Assembly: GCA_964458565.1 (NCBI GenBank) | Contig: CAYWJO010000025.1 | Coordinates: 1-30,333 of the forward strand | Direction of reading: 5' to 3' | Source of the DNA: an uncultured archaeon | GTDB taxonomy: Archaea > Asgardarchaeota > Thorarchaeia > Thorarchaeales > Thorarchaeaceae | Length of the DNA stretch: 30,333 nucleotides | Shown: positions 17,438-26,580 of the stretch, one piece after another | Layout of the letters: every line of letters starts with the position of its first letter | How positions within the stretch are numbered: position 1 is the stretch's first letter | Position numbers and translations under genes: made by a program | The notes under the pieces: generated by a model | What the model saw: only the letters and a program-made list of their open reading frames with translations | Told to the model about the DNA's origin: nothing | Databases searched by the model: none

Positions 17438-18147
17438 TGGAATGGGTGGAATGGGAACCCACATACAATGACATCGTTCAAAGATTAAAGTTGAATCCCA
17501 CTATGGATAGGGAAGCAACTAGAGTCTTATCAGACCTATTGTCCGACTATGACCCATATCCATTGATGCAGAGCTTATCCAATTTGATTAAGGATCAAGA
17601 GGTCTTAATTTCCGGACCGGCGCCCTCACTTGAAAAACACTTGCAGCAGATTATCAAGGAGGGGATTGACAAGTATACAATTGTAGCAGTTGATGGTGCT
17701 TCAACTGCACTAATTGAAAATCGCATTCATTGTGATGTGATTATTACCGACCTTGATGGTAATCTGAATGATATCAAAACACATCATAAAAATGGAGCAA
17801 TTGTCGTGATTCATGCTCATGGCGATAACATCGAAACTGTTCAGAAACATGTTCCAGAGATTCTTCCAGCACTCGGTAGTACTCAAGTCGAACCAACTAA
17901 TCGAGCTTTTCTCTGGGGAGGTTTCACAGACGGTGATAGGGCTACTCATATTGTTTCAGAGTATTCACCTAAACGAGTAGTCTTGGCAGGTATGGATTTT
18001 GGACCACTCGTCGGATGGTGGTCTAAACCAGGACATACCGAACACTATTTGGCGGATGCTCGTAAGAAAATCAAATTATCCATTGCAAAGGAATTGATTT
18101 TCTCTCCACTAAAGCGATCTAATATACCATACTGGCTTATGGAATAG
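17437..18147 (+). CDS. mptE: 6-hydroxymethyl-7,8-dihydropterin pyrophosphokinase (MptE/DUF115)
   Basis: AVDGA, ITDLDG, IHAHGDN, GGFTDGDRA, GMDFG. Coupled to folP by a TAATG overlap. Confidence 0.92.
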   Translation: MEWVEWEPTYNDIVQRLKLNPTMDREATRVLSDLLSDYDPYPLMQSLSNLIKDQEVLISGPAPSLEKHLQQIIKEGIDKYTIVAVDGASTALIENRIHCDVIITDLDGNLNDIKTHHKNGAIVVIHAHGDNIETVQKHVPEILPALGSTQVEPTNRAFLWGGFTDGDRATHIVSEYSPKRVVLAGMDFGPLVGWWSKPGHTEHYLADARKKIKLSIAKELIFSPLKRSNIPYWLME

Positions 18148-18155
18148 GGTTTCTG

Positions 18156-18581
18156 TTAAATCTGCCCTAATTTGTAAGCGAATAGATAGCTAAATACCAT
18201 GAATGCAAGTCCAGCTAAAATCATTCCCATAACCATTAGACGAGTTGCATAGCCGGGCTGGAAAACATATTTTGAACTGTAGTATAACAGGCCAAAACCG
18301 ATTGTTCCCATGAAAACGACGACAGAGGCTACAAGACCTTCTAAACCAAGTTGAATATCTATACCTGGTGCAATTACGATTGGATTACCGTCTGAACCAC
18401 CAGCGATAGCAGGAGGCGAACGAACCAGAGTGAAGATATTACCACCTAGAATGAATAGCATTGCAATAAACACTGCACCAAACACTATAATGTCAGGTGG
18501 ACGGGCGGGCATTCCAAATCGTGGGCGAGTCAGACGAACTCTTGGTTTCGTAATGAAACGCGGCCACCAAACGCTACTCAT
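18156..18581 (-). CDS. OSTC/DC2-like (OST3/OST6 family) oligosaccharyltransferase accessory subunit
   Basis: 3 TM helices. Motifs FILGGNIF..V.SPP, Q..LEGL and terminal YKL resemble eukaryotic DC2/OST3 C-termini. Confidence 0.78.
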   Translation of the reverse strand: MSSVWWPRFITKPRVRLTRPRFGMPARPPDIIVFGAVFIAMLFILGGNIFTLVRSPPAIAGGSDGNPIVIAPGIDIQLGLEGLVASVVVFMGTIGFGLLYYSSKYVFQPGYATRLMVMGMILAGLAFMVFSYLFAYKLGQI

Positions 18582-18682
18582 TATTTTTGTACCTCGAATT
18601 TGTCAATTTTGGCGGTTCGCTTTTAAGATTATCGCGAGATGCAATGTTGTACTAAACCAAACGGAGTCCATTACTGAGGAGA

Positions 18683-20809
18683 TTGGTCTTGTTAAAGTGC
18701 CTAGTGATAGCCGAGAAACCGACCGCTGCAAAACGAATTGCTGAGGCGTTGGATGAGAACAGCAATCCTAGTGAGATTAAGAAACGGGGAGTGTCATATT
18801 TTGAGTGTGTCCGAAACGAATGTACACTGCTTGTAGTCTACGCACTAGGGAATCTTTTTGAGCTGAAACAGACTGAGAAGGGGTGGACATATCCAAGATT
18901 AGAGGTAGAATGGGTTCCAAAGTATGAGGTTGTAAAGAAAGCAACGAATGTCAAACCAATCATCAATCTCATCAAGGGACTATCAAAAGATATTGACACT
19001 TTCGTAGTCGCAACTGATTATGACATCGAGGGGAGTTTGATTGGATTTTTGACATTGAAATATGCTTGCAAGACAGATCCAAAAAAAGCAAGACGGATGA
19101 TATTCTCAAACCTCACAAAAGCTGAATTGCAGACATCCTACGAGAATATCTCACCAGAGCTAGATTTCCCGTTGATTGAAGCAGGATGGTTCAGACATGA
19201 AGTTGATTGGCTATACGGAATAAACTTCACTCGTGCACTGACTCTTGCAATCAAAAACACTGCTGGATGGTTTAAAATAATCTCAACAGGACGCGTTCAG
19301 GGTCCGTCATTAGCATTTGTAGCGGAGAGAAATCGTGAGATTAACCTTCATGTTCCCATACCATTCTGGGGACTATCAATCCAAGGTGAACATAACGGGG
19401 AGCCACTCGAAATTGAATACAGTAAGAATCGCATTGAATTCAAACACGATGCGGTCAATATTGTGAAGGATTTACAAAATACGCATGGTGTTGTAAGAAG
19501 TGTCAATAAAAAGCAAAGTACACTTAGTCCACCAGCACCATTCAATCTCAGTGGACTACAATCTGAAGCATATCGGCATTTTGGGTTCAAACCCAGTAGA
19601 ACACTAGCCCTTGCTCAGAAATTGTATCTTGATGCATTGATTTCATATCCAAGGACAAGTAGTCAAAAAATACCCGAGAGCATTGATACACAAGAAATTA
19701 TCAAAAATTTGGGAAAAATTAAGACTTACAAAAATCTGACAGCAGAACTGCTCAAGAAGAAGAAATTAATTCCGATTCAAGGGGAGAAGACTGATCCGGC
19801 TCATCCTGCAATTCATCCAACGGGTAACAAACCTGGAAAGCTCACTCCAAGCGAAAAGAAATTGTATGACTTAATCGTCAGAAGGTTCCTAGCTTTATTC
19901 GCTGATTCTTCAATAAAGGAGTCGCTACGGGTAGATATAGAATGTGGTGAATATCTGCTTTTTCTCAGAGGGTTAATAGTATTAACACAAGGCTGGATGA
20001 AGTTCTATGACCCTTATGCAAAGAGCAACGAGAGAGAGCTGCCCTTGATAAAAGAGGGCGACACAATTGAACTCAAACAGATTTCTATTGAGGATAAGTT
20101 CAGCTCTGCACCATCATACTATAATCCATCTAGCCTCATGAAGGTGCTTGAGAAAGAAAATCTGGGAACAAAATCTACCAGGGCATGTATCGTTGACTCA
20201 CTCAAATCAAGAGGTTATACGTTGAATGATAGATTTGAACTTTCAACTCTCGGTTATACTACATTCGAAACATTGCATCAGTATATGCCTATGATGTTGT
20301 CTGCTGAATTTACTAGACAACTTGAGGAAGAGATGGATTCGATTCGTTTTGAGAAACGAGAACGTGAGCAAGCGCTTGTTTCAGCAAAAGAGAACTTACT
20401 TGAACTTTTACGGAGATTTCAGAAGCAAGAAGAAGAGATTGGCAATGCACTTGTTTCTGGACTTCAGAGATTCTGGAAAGAGAAGCAAGAACTTGGAGAT
20501 TGTCCAAAATGCAAAGATGGAAGACTAATTGTGATTAAATCACCTAAAACTGGCAAAAGATTTGTTGGATGTTCTAATTATAAGGAAGGAGGTTGTGATC
20601 AGACATTTCCACTTCCGCAAAAAGGGGAAATCGTTCCTCTTGAGAGATTTTGTGAACACTGTGGATATCAGATGTTCAAAGTTGTATCTAGACGTAGGGG
20701 ATGGGAAACCTGTGTGAATTGGACTGAATGTCCAGGACGAACAGAAGATCTTCAAGCACTAGAAGAGAGAAGAATGAAGAGTAAAGAGAATGAGGAGGAT
20801 GGGATATGA
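18683..20809 (+). CDS. topA: DNA topoisomerase type IA
   Basis: IAEKP, TDYDIEG, STGRVQ, catalytic ISYPRT, AHPAIHPT, C-terminal Zn ribbons. Confidence 0.95.
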   Translation: MVLLKCLVIAEKPTAAKRIAEALDENSNPSEIKKRGVSYFECVRNECTLLVVYALGNLFELKQTEKGWTYPRLEVEWVPKYEVVKKATNVKPIINLIKGLSKDIDTFVVATDYDIEGSLIGFLTLKYACKTDPKKARRMIFSNLTKAELQTSYENISPELDFPLIEAGWFRHEVDWLYGINFTRALTLAIKNTAGWFKIISTGRVQGPSLAFVAERNREINLHVPIPFWGLSIQGEHNGEPLEIEYSKNRIEFKHDAVNIVKDLQNTHGVVRSVNKKQSTLSPPAPFNLSGLQSEAYRHFGFKPSRTLALAQKLYLDALISYPRTSSQKIPESIDTQEIIKNLGKIKTYKNLTAELLKKKKLIPIQGEKTDPAHPAIHPTGNKPGKLTPSEKKLYDLIVRRFLALFADSSIKESLRVDIECGEYLLFLRGLIVLTQGWMKFYDPYAKSNERELPLIKEGDTIELKQISIEDKFSSAPSYYNPSSLMKVLEKENLGTKSTRACIVDSLKSRGYTLNDRFELSTLGYTTFETLHQYMPMMLSAEFTRQLEEEMDSIRFEKREREQALVSAKENLLELLRRFQKQEEEIGNALVSGLQRFWKEKQELGDCPKCKDGRLIVIKSPKTGKRFVGCSNYKEGGCDQTFPLPQKGEIVPLERFCEHCGYQMFKVVSRRRGWETCVNWTECPGRTEDLQALEERRMKSKENEEDGI

Positions 20810-21039
20810 GCCAATGCATTATTTGTGGAAGAAATACTAATGATGAGACATTTTTATGTGTATATCATAAAACTGCACTTCAGAATCTAAAAGATGGCTA
20901 TACTGAATGGAAGAATCGAGCATCTGTGGATTGGGAAGATTATATTGAGTCTATATACAATCTTGATTCCCTTGGAATATGGGTTCGTGAGATTATTGAT
21001 CTTCTCAAGTCAGAAGATGTCCCTTCAGGATTGTTGTGA
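20806..21039 (+). CDS. Small hypothetical protein with a CxxC...CxxH motif
   Basis: CIICG...LCVYH. ATGA overlap with topA. Confidence 0.65.
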   Translation: MSQCIICGRNTNDETFLCVYHKTALQNLKDGYTEWKNRASVDWEDYIESIYNLDSLGIWVREIIDLLKSEDVPSGLL

Positions 21040-21346
21040 GTTCCATCATACTTTCGCGATTAAATCCCTTCAATCCCACTACGACCATACAGGTCTTATT
21101 TGTCCAAGCAGTAACACGTTCTGCAAGAGTTCGGACCATCGTAGCATCTAGTCCCATTGTGAAAAGTCCGGAGGAGGTGGGTTCTTTACGGCCTTGTCTA
21201 GGAGGAACTGCAACAGCTGACAGACCGATTCTAAACAGATCGGAGTCCGAGATCAACAGTAGTAGACCATTTTCCATATCCATGATTCTGAACCGAATCT
21301 TTCCCTGCGCACTATCGACATCAAACTCTCGGATATCATTCGACAT
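21005..21346 (-). CDS. Proteasome assembly chaperone PAC4/PAC3-like protein
   Basis: Pattern F.IM..ENGLLLLI...AVAVP...PTSSGL...LAER...TNK..V resembles PSMG4. Confidence 0.6.
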   Translation of the reverse strand: MSNDIREFDVDSAQGKIRFRIMDMENGLLLLISDSDLFRIGLSAVAVPPRQGRKEPTSSGLFTMGLDATMVRTLAERVTAWTNKTCMVVVGLKGFNRESMMELTTILKGHLLT

Positions 21347-21462
21347 ATGGCTTCACTTGAGAGGCAATTAACATTGTAATAACCATATCTTTTGCTGTGG
21401 AAGTCTCGCGCCTAAGATATGTAAAAGCAACATGATTATCAATCATTGTCAAGACAAAGTCA

Positions 21463-23400
21463 TTGAGAGTTATGACTGAAAAAATCACTCCGATGGAATT
21501 CTTCCCTTATCCTAGCCCAAGAAAAGGACAGGAAGAAATGATGGAGGAAATTTACCTTGCACTTGAACAAGGGCACCAAATCTGCGCCGAAGCACCAAAT
21601 GGTTTTGGAAAAACATGTGTTGCTCTTTGTGGTGCATTGCCATGGATACAGGAAAATAATGGAAAGATACTGTATTGTGCAAGAACGCACAGACAACTGG
21701 ATAGAGTGATTGAGGAACTGCGTGCAATAAATGCTGAGTCGGATATTGTATCAGGCGTATCGTTTAGAGGCAGACGTCATATGTGCCTTAATCCTTTTGT
21801 GCTTGAGAATGCGGGGGTTGTTGCTTCAATTAGTGAAATTTGTAGTGAACTGAAATCTGGTCGAAGATGTGCATATTACGAACCACTCAGAAGAGAGAAG
21901 GATCCAAAGAAACTTCTGAAATCAATGCCAAGACCGGTTCTCACTGCCCCAGAAATTATTCAGATAGCAAAGAAACGACAAGTCTGTCCCTATGAGTTGG
22001 CCAAATTGTTGGCTCGTGTTGTTGATGTTGTTGCCCTATCTTATCTCTATGTGTTCTCACCATGGGTTATGGAAGCATTTCTACCAGATTTAGAAATTTC
22101 AATGTCAAGTGTGATTCTTATTCAAGATGAAGCACATAATGTACCATCTACAGCTCTTGATTCTGCTAGTGACGCATTACCGCTTAGTTCAGTAAAACAG
22201 GGAATGCGAGAGGCAACCAAGTATAATGATTCAATATCCAATAATTTCTGTAGGGGATTGGCGCAATGTATCGTCGACAGTTCAAAGAATCTAGAAAACG
22301 ATGAAAAAGCTATTGATCCTGATGGTGTATATCAGGCAGCTTTGATATTATCAGATCTGAGTGACGATTTAGAGCCATTAGATCACATGATTGATTTGGG
22401 ATTGAAGATTCGTAGAGGTCTTATCAAAGATAACAGATTCCCGGTCTCGTATATTCATCGTGTTGCGGAGTTTATGATTAAATGGAGGGAAGTAAGAAAC
22501 CGCTCAGATTACGCCTTTCTGCTTTCATCATCAAAGGGTTATTCAGGAAGTAGAAAAGTGTCACTCGATTTAGTAGCACTTGATCCAACTGTAGTGACCA
22601 CTCCAATTTTGAAGCAAGTTCATAGTTCAGTAGCAATATCAGGAACAATATCACCACTATCAGCTTATGCGGAAATGCTTGGTTTTGGAAATGACGCGTC
22701 CCTTGTTGCATTCCAAAGCCCATTTGCTTCTGAGAACAGGCTTGGAATAATTGTACAAGATATTGATACCTCATACACTGGAAGAGGGTCGGATATGTAC
22801 ACCAAAATGGTTGAACATTGTGTATCAGTATCTCATGCAACACCAGGTAATACCGGCATATTCACTACTAGCTACTACATAGCAAAGTCACTTCTGAAAG
22901 CAGGTCTTGAAAAACAACTAAAGAAACCACTCTTCCAAGAGAAACAGGGAATGAAAGGTAGAGAGAACGATGACCTAATTGAGGCCTATAAGAAGATGAG
23001 CAAAGAGGGCGGTGCAGTACTATTAGGTGTTCAGGGAGGAAGAAACTCGGAAGGAGGGGACTTTCCAGGTTCCACAATGAACAGTGTTGTTGTGGTCGGT
23101 GTCCCTTACGCACGGCCAACTCCAAGGATAGAAGCACTCATAGAGTATTTTGACAATAGATTCAATGGAAAAGGTAGAGATTATGCATACGTTTTACCTG
23201 CAATGACTAGAGCAACTCAAGCTGCAGGAAGACCAGTACGAAGATTGTCAGACAAAGGCGTAATCTTGATGCTTGATCAAAGATTTGCAACCCCCTATCT
23301 TGATAGATTTCTTCCGAAATGGTTGAAAGAAGTAATTGAAGTTCTACCAGATAATCCCAAGACCATTTCTGAAAGAGTGAAAAGATTTTTCGGAAACTAA
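21463..23400 (+). CDS. xpd: XPD/Rad3 family FeS-dependent DNA helicase
   Basis: FPY..PRKGQ, APNGFGKT, four FeS cysteines, DEAH, SGT, QAAGRPVR. Confidence 0.93.
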   Translation: MRVMTEKITPMEFFPYPSPRKGQEEMMEEIYLALEQGHQICAEAPNGFGKTCVALCGALPWIQENNGKILYCARTHRQLDRVIEELRAINAESDIVSGVSFRGRRHMCLNPFVLENAGVVASISEICSELKSGRRCAYYEPLRREKDPKKLLKSMPRPVLTAPEIIQIAKKRQVCPYELAKLLARVVDVVALSYLYVFSPWVMEAFLPDLEISMSSVILIQDEAHNVPSTALDSASDALPLSSVKQGMREATKYNDSISNNFCRGLAQCIVDSSKNLENDEKAIDPDGVYQAALILSDLSDDLEPLDHMIDLGLKIRRGLIKDNRFPVSYIHRVAEFMIKWREVRNRSDYAFLLSSSKGYSGSRKVSLDLVALDPTVVTTPILKQVHSSVAISGTISPLSAYAEMLGFGNDASLVAFQSPFASENRLGIIVQDIDTSYTGRGSDMYTKMVEHCVSVSHATPGNTGIFTTSYYIAKSLLKAGLEKQLKKPLFQEKQGMKGRENDDLIEAYKKMSKEGGAVLLGVQGGRNSEGGDFPGSTMNSVVVVGVPYARPTPRIEALIEYFDNRFNGKGRDYAYVLPAMTRATQAAGRPVRRLSDKGVILMLDQRFATPYLDRFLPKWLKEVIEVLPDNPKTISERVKRFFGN

Positions 23401-24164
23401 GGTGATTCAAGAAAACTGTCTATAGAAGATGAACCAGAGAGAATATCTTTGGCATTTTCTGTGGACAATTTCTTCGTATCATCTGTTGCTCGTCTAATGT
23501 ATTTCTTGAGAGATCTGATGTAGCCTGTTTTGTAATCAAGTGGGAGAGGGCTGCCATGGAATATTGTACCACGCCGACCAGCAATTAACGCAGCAGATGA
23601 GATATCACTCTCGCCTCGTAGAGTTGTGTGATGCTCATCCACGAGCTCTACGATTCTTTCTATACCGGTATTTTCGAGTTCTCTAAGGTAGAGTGTAAGA
23701 TAAAGACGTGAACCAGTTCCAATTCGTACAACTAACTCAGCAGTGGGAAAAAGCTGTGACACGATTCGGCTCCAATGAGAGGTGATCGCAGCTGCTTTTC
23801 TTGGAGATGGACATATTGATGAGTATACCATTAAACCATCCAAGAGGAGGGCTAGGCCGTACCTCATACCTGGATCAACACCGATTGAAGTAAAAGTAGG
23901 ATTATTCAAATCATAGAGCATGGACATTACTGAAATACCGACTCTATCTGCATCAAAATCATCATCGATTAGCACAGCTCGATTATTATGATGTTCCAAC
24001 TCCGTGGCTTCCTCATTCAATGCGATTGTACATTTAGCTGAACCACAGGTTGATTCATTCGGGGCACAGACTACAAAGTCAAGTCCTAGTTTTTCCATGA
24101 GGCTAATACAAAGATAGCGTAATTTGGAATCTCTTGTGGCAATAGCAACATCGTGAATAACCAA
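23397..24164 (-). CDS. Conserved hypothetical protein with a YqgF/RNase H-like domain
   Basis: IGVDPGMRYGLA, VRIGTG, VDEHHTT, SDISSA. Confidence 0.65.
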   Translation of the reverse strand: MVIHDVAIATRDSKLRYLCISLMEKLGLDFVVCAPNESTCGSAKCTIALNEEATELEHHNNRAVLIDDDFDADRVGISVMSMLYDLNNPTFTSIGVDPGMRYGLALLLDGLMVYSSICPSPRKAAAITSHWSRIVSQLFPTAELVVRIGTGSRLYLTLYLRELENTGIERIVELVDEHHTTLRGESDISSAALIAGRRGTIFHGSPLPLDYKTGYIRSLKKYIRRATDDTKKLSTENAKDILSGSSSIDSFLESP

Positions 24165-24218
24165 GGCTTCTGTCCTTCTCTAGCTATATGCTTATCACTT
24201 ATTTAGCAATATCCGAAA

Positions 24219-24929
24219 ATGGTGCAAACGAATATGATTCTTCCGTCAGGGGTAGCAATTCTGGATCGTCTCTTTGGTGGAGGGCTTCAAACAGGAATAT
24301 TCACTCATATCTATGGAGAGGCCGCCTCTGGAAAGACCACATTAGCCTTGCAATTCGTCAAGACCGTATATCGACTTGGTTTTCGTTCTGTTTATATCAA
24401 TGCTGAAGGTGCAGCACTATTAGAACGCCTTGAACAGATTATGGGAGAGAGATATGACAAAGTCCAAGAGAGCGTCAGGATTCTGATACCAAAGACATTC
24501 AACGAACAGGCATCGCTGATTGAGGATTTCGACTTATATAAGCAAAAAGACACCAAACTTCTCGTTGTAGATACACTGACAAAACTCTATAGACTATCAT
24601 TGGAAGATAAGAAGACGAATTATTCAGTTCACCGAGAGCTGAATAGACAAGCTGGCTTCCTAAAGGGTATAGCATATCATTTTGATATTTCTGTTCTGGT
24701 CTTGAATCAAGTAAGAGGCAGCTTTGAGGATAAAGCGGGTTTTGAACCTGTTGCAAAAAATATACTTGATTACTGGTCGAATTTTGAGATAAAAATGAGA
24801 ATTGGTAAAACTAGTGGCGAAAGAATCTTGGAACGAATGCGACCTCTTGATAAAGAGCGATTGATACAAAAATTGTATCTTACTAATGAAGGATTATCAT
24901 TAGATTCAAAGACATCAAAGAAAGAGTGA
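24219..24929 (+). CDS. radB: RecA-family protein, RadB-like
   Basis: LPSG..ILDRLFGGGL, GEAASGKT, LLVVDT, VLNQV. No RadA N-terminal domain. Confidence 0.8.
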   Translation: MVQTNMILPSGVAILDRLFGGGLQTGIFTHIYGEAASGKTTLALQFVKTVYRLGFRSVYINAEGAALLERLEQIMGERYDKVQESVRILIPKTFNEQASLIEDFDLYKQKDTKLLVVDTLTKLYRLSLEDKKTNYSVHRELNRQAGFLKGIAYHFDISVLVLNQVRGSFEDKAGFEPVAKNILDYWSNFEIKMRIGKTSGERILERMRPLDKERLIQKLYLTNEGLSLDSKTSKKE

Positions 24930-24952
24930 AATTGATAATATTTTAGCACAGC

Positions 24953-25555
24953 TTGGAGATAGTATTAATGTATGAGGTGTTAGCCACTATTGGTCTTGCA
25001 GTGTGGCTTGGACTTCCTTCATGGATAGCAAATTCCACACCTGTCATTTTTGGTGGAAGATCACCAATTGATGGTGGAAGAATGTTTAGAGATGGAAGAA
25101 GGATTCTGGGTGATGGAAAGACAATCCGTGGATTTGCTGCAGGAATGATATTCGGTGGTTTAACAGGATTAGTACAAGTACTTGCTGCTCCAAGTGTTAG
25201 AATTATGATGACAGACTATGTAGATGTCACTACAGAAATGGATGCCATCCTGAATTTGAGTTCTACATTCACAGGACTAACTGCAGGTATTTTGGTGGCC
25301 ATATTATTTTCACTAGGAACTTTAATTGGAGATTTAACGGGCTCATTTATCAAGAGAAGAGTTAGTGTGAAGAGCGGAGGCCCCTCTCCCTTTCTGGATC
25401 AGCTTGGGTTTATCATAATGGCACTAATTTTCGCATCCCCATTACTTCAACCGAGTCCAGTATATCCTATGATATTGTTAATTTTAACTCTTGGCGTACA
25501 TTGGTTGAGTAATGCTTTAGGGTATTTGTTAGGATTCAAGAAGAATCCATGGTAA
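24953..25555 (+). CDS. carS: CDP-archaeol synthase (start probably ATG 24968)
   Basis: ANSTPV..GG..PIDGG, RILGDGKTIRG, GDLTGSFIKRR, LDQL, KKNPW. Confidence 0.94.
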   Translation: MEIVLMYEVLATIGLAVWLGLPSWIANSTPVIFGGRSPIDGGRMFRDGRRILGDGKTIRGFAAGMIFGGLTGLVQVLAAPSVRIMMTDYVDVTTEMDAILNLSSTFTGLTAGILVAILFSLGTLIGDLTGSFIKRRVSVKSGGPSPFLDQLGFIIMALIFASPLLQPSPVYPMILLILTLGVHWLSNALGYLLGFKKNPW

Positions 25556-25692
25556 GATGGGTACCTAAGAGTGGACAATTACTGTTTTGATTGTGAAAAC
25601 AAGTCTTAAAAGGTACTCAAAGACAATATTCTTGTTCTGTTGGGATAGCTTGATAATCCCATACAACTAAAACTCAATAATATCTCAATCAG

Positions 25693-26571
25693 TTGCTAGA
25701 GAGTACCGGAGTCACATTTACAATGATGGTCAAGGAATGTATGCAAACACACATAGTATACGTATCAGTTCCCGGAACAAGGGAAGATGTTTTACAGATT
25801 ATGGCGGAACAACAAATCAATGTTCTCCCTGTAGTAAAGAAAGGAACGAAGACGCTTGTAGGTATTGTAACACGAAAAGACCTACTTCAGAAGGCAGATG
25901 AGAATCAGTTAGCAATGCTGATGGAGCGGGACCCTGAATCTGTAACACCAAGAACAGATGTTAAGACTGCTGCGAAGCTTATGCTTGAAAAGGGATATCG
26001 CAGACTGCCAGTTGTTGAAAAAGATGAACTTGTAGGGCTTGTAACAATCCTAGATATCTTAGGTTCATTATTTGATTCGAATGACGAACTGAAGGATAGA
26101 AGCATTGTTGATTTAATAACCAAGCAAGTAATAGCTGTTTGGCAAGAAACCCCGTTACCCTTGACATATATGATCATGGAGATGGCTAAGAAGAATGCAC
26201 TTGTAGTTATCAATGAGGGTGGAGGCGTTGTCGGAATGATTTCAGTTAGCGACCTGATTAGACTGTCCGAAGTGTCTGTAGAAGACAATATTTCGAAAAC
26301 CTATAGTGGTACGGATAGTGCAGTTGAATGGGGGTGGACATCTAAAGATTTTCTAGTTGTAACAAAGAAGCTCTTGCAGCTTCCGAGTGTTCCTGTGAAG
26401 AAAGTCATGACTAAGAATCTAATCAGTGTGAGTGAAGTCACTACTCTCTCTGAGTGTATTGACATTCTTCGTAAGAATGACATTGACCAAGCACCAGTTC
26501 TATCAGCAACGAATAACCTCATTGGAATGATAGAAGACAAACGGATGTTGCAGATAGTAGCTGATCTCTAA
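25693..26571 (+). CDS. Four-CBS-domain protein
   Basis: Tandem CBS repeats (LPVV..LVGIVT..DL, RRLPVV, APV). Confidence 0.9.
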   Translation: MLESTGVTFTMMVKECMQTHIVYVSVPGTREDVLQIMAEQQINVLPVVKKGTKTLVGIVTRKDLLQKADENQLAMLMERDPESVTPRTDVKTAAKLMLEKGYRRLPVVEKDELVGLVTILDILGSLFDSNDELKDRSIVDLITKQVIAVWQETPLPLTYMIMEMAKKNALVVINEGGGVVGMISVSDLIRLSEVSVEDNISKTYSGTDSAVEWGWTSKDFLVVTKKLLQLPSVPVKKVMTKNLISVSEVTTLSECIDILRKNDIDQAPVLSATNNLIGMIEDKRMLQIVADL

Positions 26572-26580
26572 TAATTCTCA

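Noticed and set aside
21432-21457. Short palindromes ATGATT-atc-AATCAT and TTGTC-aa-GACAA between divergent genes
   Set aside because: Too short to distinguish from chance, and not seen repeated.
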